Assembly: GCA_040398845.1 (NCBI GenBank)
Contig: JBBATH010000004.1
Span: 146,981-210,980 of the forward strand
Origin: Candidatus Nanopelagicales bacterium
Lineage (GTDB): Bacteria; Actinomycetota; Actinomycetes; S36-B12
Direction: 5' to 3'
DNA length: 64,000 nucleotides
Part shown: piece by piece, positions 1-8,976 of the stretch
How positions within the stretch are numbered: position 1 is the first letter of the stretch
Layout of the letters: each line of letters starts with the position of its first letter
Made by a program: the position numbers and the translations under genes
The notes under the pieces: model-generated
What the model saw: only the letters and a program-made list of their open reading frames with translations
What the model was told of the DNA's origin: nothing
Database searches by the model: none

Positions 1-512
1 AGGCCTAGATCGACCTGCGCGTACTGAGCCCCGACATCGCCGGCAACCCGGCTCGCGCTTCCGTCAGCACCGATCAGGGCCTGCGTGCGCACGATGCCCG
101 CCGAGGTGCGCAGACTTACGTTTGTGGAGTCCTCATCAATCTGCTCAAGGGTGACCCCGGTGGCAATAACCGCGCCGGCACTCTCGGCAACAGCGACGAG
201 CTTCGAGTCGAACTCGCTGCGATCAATCATCCAAATGAATGGCTCGGTTGTCGTGCGCGTCGCCGCTCGCTGTCCGCCCAGACTGAAGGTCGCCGACGTC
301 GTTGAGTCGAGGACGGGCACCTCAAACCCCGGCGGCAGTGCACGCAACGAGGTGCCGACCAGCCCACCCCCGCAAAGCTTGTAACGCGGGAGGTCGCTGC
401 GCTCAATCAGGAGGGTTCGGGCACCGGACTCGGCAGCGGCCAGCGCGGCCATCGATCCAGCGGGTCCTGCGCCGATCACGACGACATCCCACTGCGATCC
501 GTCGATGGTCAT
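1..512 (-). CDS. geranylgeranyl reductase family FAD-dependent oxidoreductase, N-terminal part (3' end outside window)
   Basis: Absent from the ORF track because no stop lies in the window. Own translation of the minus strand from ATG 512-510 gives MTIDGSQWDVVVIGAGPAGSMAALAAAESGARTLLIERSDLPRYKLCGGGLVG...LIGADGSASRVAG. It shows the GxGxxG Rossmann start and the GADG motif typical of this family. Confidence 0.75.
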   Translation of the reverse strand, partial: MTIDGSQWDVVVIGAGPAGSMAALAAAESGARTLLIERSDLPRYKLCGGGLVGTSLRALPPGFEVPVLDSTTSATFSLGGQRAATRTTTEPFIWMIDRSEFDSKLVAVAESAGAVIATGVTLEQIDEDSTNVSLRTSAGIVRTQALIGADGSASRVAGDVGAQYAQVDLG

Positions 513-654
513 GCGACCAACGCCCTTCGCTGCACGGCAGTATGGTAGACCGGGCTCGTCGACTTCGCTCAAAGGGCTCGACGCAAACCAGCGTTACCAT
601 CGTCCTTCAGGATCGGGCTATGGGAACTTCACGCTGAGCCAAAGGGAGCAGGAC

Positions 655-1272
655 GTGGATAGGGATGAGGCTGCCGCGCTCCTCGGTGTCCCGTCTCATG
701 CGACCACCGAGGCCGTTAAGCGCGCATGGCGGGTGTGGGCGAGGCTTGCGCACCCTGACGCCGGCGGCGACCCGCAGCATTTCGCCGAACTCGACGAGGC
801 GCGGCGGGTCCTGCTCCGTGCACAACCGCCCTCACTCGGACTCGAACCCACGCCACGATCGACCTGGCGGGAGGTGCTCACCCGCCCCGCGCATCCGATC
901 CTGCTGGGCCTCGGAGCCGTGGTGGCGGTGACGCTCGCCGTCGTCCCCTCGTTTACTCCCCCGCCGCTCGTCCTCGCCGCCGCCCCAGCCTTCCTCGCCG
1001 CGACCGCTTGGGCAGTAGTCGCCAGCCGCGCCCTGCTTGCTCCGCGGGGAGGGCGTAGCCCGAGACCCGATCACGGTCACCGAATCACGGCACTCGCACT
1101 GCTTTGGCTCCCCATCGCGTCAGCTCAGGTGGTCGTCGCGATCATCGCAGGCGTCAGTCTGATTCCCGTGCTCCCGCTCAGTGCCCTTCCGCTCGCAGCC
1201 GCAGTTTCGGCGGTCAATCCCGGGGCAGGTCTGTGGCGTCCGGTGAGCGGCGAACGCCCACCGGACGACTGA
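655..1272 (+). CDS. J-domain (DnaJ-like) polytopic membrane protein
   Basis: ORF 505..1272. J-domain with HPD motif (LLGVPSHATTEAVKRAWRVWARLAHPDAGGDPQHFAELDEARRVLL), followed by several hydrophobic helices. Start moved to GTG 655, which has AAGGGAG 6 nt upstream and avoids overlap with the divergent gene starting at 512. Confidence 0.7.
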   Translation: MDRDEAAALLGVPSHATTEAVKRAWRVWARLAHPDAGGDPQHFAELDEARRVLLRAQPPSLGLEPTPRSTWREVLTRPAHPILLGLGAVVAVTLAVVPSFTPPPLVLAAAPAFLAATAWAVVASRALLAPRGGRSPRPDHGHRITALALLWLPIASAQVVVAIIAGVSLIPVLPLSALPLAAAVSAVNPGAGLWRPVSGERPPDD

Positions 1273-1274
1273 AC

Positions 1275-2657
1275 CTACTTCGTGATCCGGACCCCTGCTG
1301 AGATGGCGCCCATCTGGGTGAACATCGGCGTGTAGGTAAGCGAGACGCTGCACCTGACGCTGCTGCCAGTCGCTACGCCGTCAGGGGTGAAGGTCTTCCT
1401 CGTCTCCCCCCCGATCGCGGATCCATTGCGCAGCCACTGGTATTTGACGGAGGCAACCTTCCAACCCGTCGTGTTGCGGTACGAGCAGGCCAACGGCGAG
1501 CCTGCCGCCGCGGTGCCCGAGACCTTGGCGGTGAGCACCGGGCCAATGCCCGTCCCGATGCGGGAGATGCGCCCGGGGTACTGAATCGACCCTGCCGCGG
1601 TGGTTCTGGACGGCTGCTCGCTGAGCCAGATATTGCCGTCGGCTCCTGCCGCGCCCAGGCCTGGCTGAGCGTTGGCCTTCGGCGTTGGGTATTCCGTGAT
1701 GACCCCGTCGAGGGTGATCTTGGCCAATTTGCTCGTCATTGACTCAACGAACCATAGGTTGCCGTCTGGGCCAGAAGTGATGTCCTGCGGGTCTGACGCT
1801 GGGGTCGGGATGTTGAACGTGGACACCACTCCGGTGGGCGTCATGCGCCCGATCTGGTTATCAACCGGCATGGTGAACCACAGGTTTCCGTCGACTCCCA
1901 CGGTGATGTCCCCGACGCTAATCGGGTTGGGATTGCTAGGTGCCGGCGGCGTGGTCGCCACCGGGAACGAGGTGACGACGCCATCAACAGTGATGCGGCC
2001 TATCCTGCTCGCCGCGGGCATGGTGAACCACATGGCTCCGTCTGGTCCGGCGGTGATGAGGTACCCGCACTGAATGCAGTTGCTGGAGTATTCGATCTTG
2101 GTTGGCCCAGTCGCCCCCACCGCCGGGATCGCGAACTCGGTGATGACGCCATCGGGAGTGATCCGGCCGATCGCATTCGCGAAGTCCTCGGTAAACCAGA
2201 GGTTCCCATCAGGGCCAGCCGCGATCCCATACGGACGTGAGTTCGCTGTCGGCGTTGGGTAGGTCGTGATGTCACCTGCTGGAGTGATCCGGCCAATGAC
2301 GTTGGTGTTAAACGCCGTGAACCACATATTGCCGTCGGGTCCCGCCGCCATGTCGAACAGTCAGGCCGAACTCGTCCCACCGCCAGGGAACTGGAACTCC
2401 CGGACGGCACCGCTGGGCGCGATCCGTCCAATCCTGTTGGTCCAGTAGCGGGTGTACCACATGTTGCCGCCCGGTCCTGCGGTCACGCCGTACGCCGGGC
2501 CGTTGGTCCGGGCCTTTGGAACGTACACCTGCGAGTAGTCACCCAGCGGATCCGCCTGAGCGGGCGCCGCCGCGAATCCAGCGGCGACCGCGCCGATTGC
2601 CACGGCCATCACCACGACGGAACGCGTCGAGGCGCCTTTGAATGTTGCAATGCTCAT
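1275..2657 (-). pseudogene. Vgb (virginiamycin B lyase)-like beta-propeller secreted protein interrupted by an in-frame TGA
   Basis: ORF 2361..2657 carries the signal peptide (MSIATFKGASTRSVVVMAVAIGAVAAGFAAAPAQA) and the first blade. ORF 1275..2351 carries blades with recurring GPDGNLWFTE..IGRITPxGxxTEF and a C-terminal Ig-like domain. The two are in the same frame, separated only by TGA at 2361-2363 (..GGGTSSA*LFDMAAGPDGNMWF..). Confidence 0.8.
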
Positions 2658-2731
2658 GCTCTCGCTCTTTCACTCAGGTGATGCAGGAGGTGGTGAATCT
2701 ACAGGCCACAACGTGGTGCCCTCTGTGTTCC

Positions 2732-5700
2732 CTACGTAACCTTTATTGACCCAGCGGACTTGGCTATTTGACCGGTGCCGTTGGCAGTGAAGCTCACCCG
2801 CAGGGAGTACGAGCCGTGACTGGTGCTCTTCGGGACTTTTAGATTGTTGTTTCCTTTTCCGTTGAGGACATTTACCCTGCCTAGGGTTGCGGTCGTCTTC
2901 CCGTCCTTGTATAGCGTGACGGTAGCCGAGCCATCCGGAGAGCCGGGGCCAACTGAGACCTTGATCTTGAAGTCGTCGCCTGCCTTGACGGAGGTGGGTG
3001 CCGATGCGTCGAGTTCGAGTTGGGCTGGCGGGGCTGGGGTGGTCGGCGCGGCACTGCCCGCGCTCATGACCACGGGAGCAGTCGGGACCGATGGTGGCGC
3101 CGCGCCTTGGCTGGTGTTCGTGGTCACCTGCACCGTTACGGGAGTCCCCGCCGGCACATTCACGATGGTGCAGTTGGTGGTGGTGGTGGTGCAGGTCTGG
3201 CCAGAGTTCGTACGCGCTGTGTAGCTGACCGCTGCGATCGCACCCGAGGCTGTGGTGACGGCATTCCAAGAAACTGCGGCGATGCCGCCACCATAGTTGG
3301 CGATGACATTCTGCACCGGAGTTGCCGGGGATGGCGGAACAGCGGCAGCAGTCGGCGTGGTGGGAGCACTCGGCGCCGACGCCGCACTTGTCAAACCGCC
3401 CGAGGCTGCCGTCACCGTGACGGTGACTGGCGTTCCGTTCGGCACCGAGAGGATTGTGCACGTGGTTCCTGAGGTGGAGCAACTCTGACCGCTGCTGGCC
3501 GTTGCCACATAGGTTACTGACTGAATGCCACTGGTCGTCGCAGTGATCGGGGTCCAGGCTGCAGCGACTAACCCGGATCCTCCCAAGGCCACGACGTTGG
3601 TCGGCGCGGCGATCGTGCTGGGGGTGGTTGCTCCGCCCGAGCCAGAGGAACCGCCCGAACCTGGTGGCGAGGTCAGGTTTCCGGCGGGGTTATTGATCCA
3701 CGCCGTCACCGGCGTGCCATTCCAGTTGAGGTTGAGGGCATTGTTCGCACCCCCCGTGAGCCCCTGGGGAATTTGCGTGCTGGCTGACATGACGCAGCCC
3801 CACTGGCTGACGTACCCGCCGGGGATGGTGTTCTGGATTTGCTGCAGGTCACTGTTCGTGAGCATCCACAGGTTCGAGCCCGTCGGGGAGAATCCGCCAG
3901 TTATCGTGCTTGCTGGAACGTTGGTCGGCATTGCGTAGATCAAGGATGCTCCGCTGCTGCTCACCCCACGGTAGACCAACTGGCTTGCCATTTGGTTCAC
4001 CGAAGAATAGGAGGCCGGTGGATTGGACAGGCTGTAAGTCTTGGCATTCCAGGGGGTCGCGAAGTTCCAGTCGCCAACGGTGCAGCCGGTCGACACTGAA
4101 GAGTCCGCCGTCGTACTCGACGTGCCAGGCACCGAGGCGGCCGTTACGCACGGAACTGCCGTAGCCGCGCACAGGCCCACCGAGGCAGCACTCGTTGCAG
4201 TGCCAGCGGCGTAGGGCCCGCCCTTGGTGATCGTTGTATTGCCGAACCCGAGCAGAACGGTAGCCCCTACGCTCATAACGTACGGGCTTTCCTGATCCGG
4301 ATTCTGGCTTCCGTTCTTGTTGTAGGCCATCTGCGTCGAGCCCGAGCATGCTGACCAGTCCGCTGAAATTCCACCAGTGAAGGCAGATGCGCCGAAATTC
4401 GTGGAGGTAGACGTCGAGGAAGGATTCGTCTGCTGCTGATTGTTGAGATTGCAGGTGTAGGTGTTCGTGCAGGGGTTCGACATCGAACCGCAACCGTACG
4501 GCCCCACGCTTAGGACATTCGAGTTCAGCATGGCCATCACGAGGGAACCCGTGGAGTAGAGCTGGCTTTGGAGTTGGGATAGGGAAACCGCCAAACCATT
4601 CGCTGAGGTCGCGTTGTAAGCCGCAACGGGGGTGATTCCCATGCCAGCCGTCACCGGCAAGTTCGCGGTCGAGGCCGAACCTAATGCGGCGGTCGATCCA
4701 TACGCTGGCACCCAATAGTTGATGTTCCCGGCCGCCTGGCTCGGGTTCACATCAGTTGCCGTCCAGTTGATCTGCCAAGCTGAGCCGGACATCGAACAGT
4801 TTGGTTTGGGTGTAACGAGGGCTTTCACTCCGACGGACACCAGATCAACGGCAACGAAGGCGCCGGCGGTCAGCACACCCGTTGACGCTCCGTGCGCGAT
4901 GCCTGCCTCAAGCCCCACTGATGCGGCCTCGTTCGCACTTGTGAAAGCCTCATTCAAGGATTCTGAGGCTGTCTCTGATGGATTCGAGTTGTAATCCTGA
5001 CTATTCGCCAGCAGCGCCTGCTGGTCCCACATGAAGGTCGTTCCGGCGGGGATCACCTGGTTCGTCACCGCTGTGCCCGTGGTGCACTGCACCGCTGTCA
5101 CGGTGACAGTGAGATCGAACGGCGAACCGTTGAAGAGTGCAAATGGCGCCGGCACCGGAGCGACGGGCGGCGGCTCTTCCATGAAAATACTGCGGGTACC
5201 GCTCCTGGTCTCCCGGGGCTTTGCCTCCTTCTTGGCCGGAGTGCCCGGGAGGGAGAATGCGGTGGCGAACTGACGGACTTCGAAACCACCGATGTTGGGG
5301 TTGGTGTCTTTGTCATGCCAGAGCATCACATTCACTCGCTCGGAAAGCCGCTTCTTCGGCACCTTGCGCAACGAGTCTGCGACCGTCCTCGGGAGTTTCG
5401 CCGCTATGGTGAAGGTTCCATCCCTGTTGATAACACGGGTCGGAATTGCCTTATTCATGAGGTAGAGATCACCCGACTTAGTCTGGGTATCACGTGACGG
5501 GAACCTAAGGTCGACACCCTTGCGCGATATTTGAAGCCGGCCGCCCAGCCGATCAACGGCGGCTGTTGAGTTTCGGGTGGCCGTGCGCCACGCGGTCGCC
5601 TTGACCTTGAAGCTCAGCACATTTCCCTTAAGGGACGGATCCAACACGACCACCGGCATTCCGGCGGGAGACTCGGTTGCCCGCACGTTCTTTTGCTTCT

Positions 5701-5899
5701 TTAGCGGCTGCCGAACCACGGATTCACCAATCGCCGGACTGCTGACGGCGCTCGGCGCCCCGATCGTGGCCGCGACCACAGCCGTGATGAATACTCCGGC
5801 GATCGTCAATCGAGCCCCCCGAAACGACGGCTGCTTCCGCAGGGGGCCACAACTTTCGGGTGGTGACACGTGAGTTCGGCTACGAAGAAGCGAGAACAT
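2732..5899 (-). CDS. large secreted protein of unknown function (1055 aa) with two FN3-like domains and a C-terminal Ig-like domain
   Basis: Long uninterrupted ORF with an N-terminal hydrophobic signal/anchor (ARLTIAGVFITAVVAATIGAPSAVSS). The central region is Ser/Thr/Asn/Gln-rich, contains Cys, and matches no family I recognise. The C-terminus has 2 FN3-like units and an Ig-like unit. It overlaps the upstream gene by 20 nt, so GTG 5869 is an alternative start. Confidence 0.8.
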   Translation of the reverse strand: MFSLLRSRTHVSPPESCGPLRKQPSFRGARLTIAGVFITAVVAATIGAPSAVSSPAIGESVVRQPLKKQKNVRATESPAGMPVVVLDPSLKGNVLSFKVKATAWRTATRNSTAAVDRLGGRLQISRKGVDLRFPSRDTQTKSGDLYLMNKAIPTRVINRDGTFTIAAKLPRTVADSLRKVPKKRLSERVNVMLWHDKDTNPNIGGFEVRQFATAFSLPGTPAKKEAKPRETRSGTRSIFMEEPPPVAPVPAPFALFNGSPFDLTVTVTAVQCTTGTAVTNQVIPAGTTFMWDQQALLANSQDYNSNPSETASESLNEAFTSANEAASVGLEAGIAHGASTGVLTAGAFVAVDLVSVGVKALVTPKPNCSMSGSAWQINWTATDVNPSQAAGNINYWVPAYGSTAALGSASTANLPVTAGMGITPVAAYNATSANGLAVSLSQLQSQLYSTGSLVMAMLNSNVLSVGPYGCGSMSNPCTNTYTCNLNNQQQTNPSSTSTSTNFGASAFTGGISADWSACSGSTQMAYNKNGSQNPDQESPYVMSVGATVLLGFGNTTITKGGPYAAGTATSAASVGLCAATAVPCVTAASVPGTSSTTADSSVSTGCTVGDWNFATPWNAKTYSLSNPPASYSSVNQMASQLVYRGVSSSGASLIYAMPTNVPASTITGGFSPTGSNLWMLTNSDLQQIQNTIPGGYVSQWGCVMSASTQIPQGLTGGANNALNLNWNGTPVTAWINNPAGNLTSPPGSGGSSGSGGATTPSTIAAPTNVVALGGSGLVAAAWTPITATTSGIQSVTYVATASSGQSCSTSGTTCTILSVPNGTPVTVTVTAASGGLTSAASAPSAPTTPTAAAVPPSPATPVQNVIANYGGGIAAVSWNAVTTASGAIAAVSYTARTNSGQTCTTTTTNCTIVNVPAGTPVTVQVTTNTSQGAAPPSVPTAPVVMSAGSAAPTTPAPPAQLELDASAPTSVKAGDDFKIKVSVGPGSPDGSATVTLYKDGKTTATLGRVNVLNGKGNNNLKVPKSTSHGSYSLRVSFTANGTGQIAKSAGSIKVT
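3074..3607 (-). repeat. tandem pair of FN3-like domain-coding units inside the 1055-aa ORF
   Basis: Unit 1 is APTNVVALGGSGLVAAAWTPITATTSGIQSVTYVATASSGQSCSTSGTTCTILSVPNGTPVTVTVTAAS. Unit 2 is PVQNVIANYGGGIAAVSWNAVTTASGAIAAVSYTARTNSGQTCTTTTTNCTIVNVPAGTPVTVQVTTNT. They are colinear with conserved W, Y, C..C and PxGTPVTV positions. Confidence 0.6.
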
Positions 5900-7793
5900 A
5901 GTAGAACTTCCCTTCCTTTTTTGCTCGGACGAGGTACGTGTCGATCCTGGTGAACGTCAGTGCCGGCAGGGTCACCAGACCCTTCGACGTGGACTTCGCC
6001 GCTCCGAAGGACTTCCAGGAACCGCCGATCTTGACCTGTGCCGTGAATTTCGACTTTCGGGGAAGTCCGCTTATTCGAAGTCTTATCGGCTGGTTGACCG
6101 AAACGGCTATCTGCCGAGCGGAGTCGACGGTACGAGAAGCCTTCACTGTCTTTGACGTGCGAACGCTCACTGGACTACCCGATGCCGGGGTGTATACCCC
6201 GCCGCCAAGTGACTGGCCCGGCCGTAGGTACGTAAAGGAGTTCGCAAGGGTGCCGGTCGATCCCTGACGACTTACTGCGATCGCGACAGTCCCGGTCGTT
6301 CCATGAGCGGGGGTGCGGGCAGTGATGGTCGAACTTGAGCGAACAGTGACGCCGGTTGCTGCAATGCCTCCGATGGTGACGGTCTCGGACCCGGTGAATC
6401 CGCTTCCGTAGATGGAAATCGTCGTTCCGCCCGTCGTGAAACCTGATTTCGGAGAGAGTGATGTCAATCTTGGAGCCTCGGGCGCCGAGATGTTCACGAG
6501 AGAGATGGCGGACACCATCCCAGTTGCGGTGAATGTCAACGTGTAGGTGCCGGCCCCGCCGATCACGGCAAGATTGGTGAAGGCTGCAATACCGGCAACC
6601 GCCGCCACACTGACCGTGCCCGTGAGGGTGCCGCCTGAGCTCACCGACGCCGTCACCACCAGCGTGCTCGAAGTATTGGTGTTGCCTGCAGCGTCCCGTA
6701 TCGCCACCCTCGGTTGCGTCGCAAATACGACACCAGACTGCGATGCGGACGCCTCCGCCAGCACTCCTACGTTGCTCCCCGATCCAACCGTCGGCACAAC
6801 TGAGACGGTCGCACTCGTCAAGCCCGATGTCGCGAAGGTGATGACGTAAGCAGCACCAGCCGTGCCGCTAATACCCAAGTTGCTGAATGTAGCCAGGCCC
6901 GAAACTGTCGTTGCGGTCGTGGTGCCCACCAGGGTAGCGCCAGTAGACACTGTCGCAGTGACGACAGCGGCATACGATGTGATGCGGTTGCCGCTCGAAT
7001 CAACGACCGCGACCGCCGGTTGAGTTGTGAAGGCACTTCCCGAGGTGAATCCCGCAGGTGCGGTCGCAATCGACAATGCGGATGATGCGCCAACCAAGAC
7101 CAATGACTGACTTGCGACCGTGAGCGAGCCCGAGGTGAACGTCAGGGTGTAGGTCGAGCCCGTTGTGCCCGTCACCCCAAGGATTGAATAGGTGACGACC
7201 CCACTTACCGCAGCAACCGCAGTCGTTCCGATGGCGGTGGCCCCTGAACTGACAATCGCGGTAACAGTGACCGTGCTGCTCGTCACCTTGTTGCCAGCTG
7301 AGTCCCTGATCTCCACTGCGGGTTGGGTGGCGAAGGCCGTACCCGAAACCGCCCCGGCCGCATTCGTTGTGATCGCAAGTTTTGTTGCGGCGCCGGCAGC
7401 CGCAACAGTGATGGTCTGAGTGGCAACGGACAGGGTGCCGGAGTGGTAGGTGATCGTGTACGTCGTCCCGACTGTGCCCACGACTCCGAGCCCGGTGAAC
7501 GTAGCGACCCCAGAAACTGCCGCAATGCTGCCTGCCCCCACCAGGGTTGCCCCCGTGCTCACCGCTGCATAGACCGTTGAGGTGACCGTCGTGTCAGTCA
7601 CGTTCGTACTGTCCTGGATTGCGATGACCGGTTGCGTGGTGAAGACCGCACCGGATGTCACCGTCGCCGATGCGGCCGCGGTGGTCACGGTCAAGTGATC
7701 GGCAACTGCATGGGCTTGCGACAGTCCGATGAGTGATCCGCCAACCGCGAGCGCGATGACAACCCCACCGATCACGAATGATCGCAACTTCAC
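5880..7793 (-). CDS. secreted protein with four Ig-like (Big-type) repeats and an IPT/TIG domain
   Basis: ORF 5880..7874. Probable start is GTG 7793, which gives the signal peptide VKLRSFVIGGVVIALAVGGSLIGLSQAHA. Contains four ~100-aa repeats with the motif FxTQPxVxIxDxxGN...AAVSGVATFxxLGxxGxxGxxYxLTF, then an IPT/TIG-like unit (PRLTSLSPKSGFTTGGTTISIYGSGFTGSETVTIGG..FTYL). Confidence 0.8.
   Translation of the reverse strand: MKLRSFVIGGVVIALAVGGSLIGLSQAHAVADHLTVTTAAASATVTSGAVFTTQPVIAIQDSTNVTDTTVTSTVYAAVSTGATLVGAGSIAAVSGVATFTGLGVVGTVGTTYTITYHSGTLSVATQTITVAAAGAATKLAITTNAAGAVSGTAFATQPAVEIRDSAGNKVTSSTVTVTAIVSSGATAIGTTAVAAVSGVVTYSILGVTGTTGSTYTLTFTSGSLTVASQSLVLVGASSALSIATAPAGFTSGSAFTTQPAVAVVDSSGNRITSYAAVVTATVSTGATLVGTTTATTVSGLATFSNLGISGTAGAAYVITFATSGLTSATVSVVPTVGSGSNVGVLAEASASQSGVVFATQPRVAIRDAAGNTNTSSTLVVTASVSSGGTLTGTVSVAAVAGIAAFTNLAVIGGAGTYTLTFTATGMVSAISLVNISAPEAPRLTSLSPKSGFTTGGTTISIYGSGFTGSETVTIGGIAATGVTVRSSSTITARTPAHGTTGTVAIAVSRQGSTGTLANSFTYLRPGQSLGGGVYTPASGSPVSVRTSKTVKASRTVDSARQIAVSVNQPIRLRISGLPRKSKFTAQVKIGGSWKSFGAAKSTSKGLVTLPALTFTRIDTYLVRAKKEGKFYYVLASS
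6474..7694 (-). repeat. four tandem ~100-codon Ig-like domain repeats (protein-level repeat, diverged at DNA level)
   Basis: Repeat boundaries counted from the ORF translation (aa 61-467 of ORF 5880..7874). Confidence 0.7.
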
Positions 7794-7965
7794 CGTACGC
7801 AGGCTAACAAGCACTGTACCGAGCACCGCCCTTCCCAGAGTTGCTCCAACGTACGTGCACGATGATTCAAACACACATGTGCAACAAAATCGAGTCCCAG
7901 ACGCGTTCTAGGCAGGTTCGATGAATTCAGGGGCTCGGCGGCTGCCGAGGTCGATAGTCTGAGTT

Positions 7966-8976
7966 ATGACCTCGAATACCTCTGTGCGCCTCGCCCGTCG
8001 ACCCGCCGGCCTCCCCGTCGCCGACGACTGGCAGATCGAGGTCGGCGAGGTGCCCGACCCAGGTCCCGGTCAGTTCGTGGTGAGGACCCACCTCATCTCG
8101 CTCGACCCCGCCATGCGCGGCTGGCTCGATGACCGTCCAAGCTACCTGCCACCGGTGGGCATTGGCGAGGTCATGCGTGCCATGACGGTCGGCGAGGTGG
8201 TCGCCTCCCAGCACCACCGGTTTGGTGTCGGCGCCATGGTGCTCGGCACCTTCGGGGTTCAGGAGTACGCGATTTCGGACGGCGATGGCGTGACGATGGT
8301 CGACTCGCGGCTTGGCACATCGTCGATGTATCTCGGCGTCCTGGGAACCACGGGCCTGACCGCCTACTTCGGTCTCATGGAACTCGGCAAGCCTCGGGCC
8401 GGTGACACCGTTGTGGTGTCGGCAGCGGCCGGGGGCGTCGGCTCGGTCGTGGGCCAATTGGCGCGACTGAACGGCTGCCGGGTTGTCGGCATCGCGGGTG
8501 GCTCGGAGAAGAGCTCCTACATCGTCGATGAACTTGGCTTCGACGTTGCCGTTGATTACAAGGCCCCGGGACTTCGCAATGCGCTTGCCCGGGCCTGCCC
8601 CGAAGGCATCGACGTCTACTTCGACAATGTGGGCGGCCCGGTGCTCAATGCAGCCCTCGGCAACCTCGCCATGGGGGCGCGCATCGTCATCTGCGGCGCC
8701 ATCTCGCAATACAACGCAGAGGCACCGACTCCCGGCCCGTCCAACTACATGAGCCTGCTCGTCCGCCGGGCCACGATGGCGGGGTTCCTCGTGTTCGACT
8801 ACGCCAGCGAGTACCGGGTCGCCCGAAAGCGCCTAGCTCGCTGGGTTGCCGACGAGCGGATCGCAGCGCCCGAGACCCTCGTCAATGGCTCCGTTTCCGA
8901 CTTCAATGACGTGCTGCTGCGACTCTTCCGCGGCGACAACGTCGGTAAGCTCATTCTCGACGTCACACCCGGCTGA
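7966..8976 (+). CDS. NADP-dependent oxidoreductase, medium-chain dehydrogenase/reductase family (YncB/PTGR-like)
   Basis: 336-aa ORF with the MDR nucleotide-binding stretch VVVSAAAGGVGSVVGQLARLNGCRVVGIAGGSEK and the C-terminal FRGDNVGKLIL motif typical of the zinc-independent enone reductase subgroup. Confidence 0.85.
   Translation: MTSNTSVRLARRPAGLPVADDWQIEVGEVPDPGPGQFVVRTHLISLDPAMRGWLDDRPSYLPPVGIGEVMRAMTVGEVVASQHHRFGVGAMVLGTFGVQEYAISDGDGVTMVDSRLGTSSMYLGVLGTTGLTAYFGLMELGKPRAGDTVVVSAAAGGVGSVVGQLARLNGCRVVGIAGGSEKSSYIVDELGFDVAVDYKAPGLRNALARACPEGIDVYFDNVGGPVLNAALGNLAMGARIVICGAISQYNAEAPTPGPSNYMSLLVRRATMAGFLVFDYASEYRVARKRLARWVADERIAAPETLVNGSVSDFNDVLLRLFRGDNVGKLILDVTPG

Noticed and set aside
2361-2363. 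The in-frame TGA in the Vgb-like gene as a selenocysteine codon or programmed recoding site
   Set aside because: I could see no SECIS-like hairpin immediately downstream. The aligned position in the other blades is Arg, not Cys, which fits a CGA to TGA mutation. TAA and TAG also interrupt other genes in the window, so a simple nonsense mutation or a sequencing error is more parsimonious.
2670-4715. Track ORFs 2670..3482, 3020..3472, 3849..4715 and similar ORFs overlapping the 1055-aa gene
   Set aside because: They are alternative-frame or antisense ORFs inside a long, domain-bearing gene. Their translations are Arg/Pro/Gly/His-rich low-complexity strings typical of spurious ORFs in high-GC DNA.
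3074-7694. Repetitive DNA in the two large secreted-protein genes as mobile or recombinogenic repeats
   Set aside because: The repeats are diverged protein-domain repeats (FN3-like, Ig-like) with conserved structural residues but low DNA identity. They are not dispersed identical copies.
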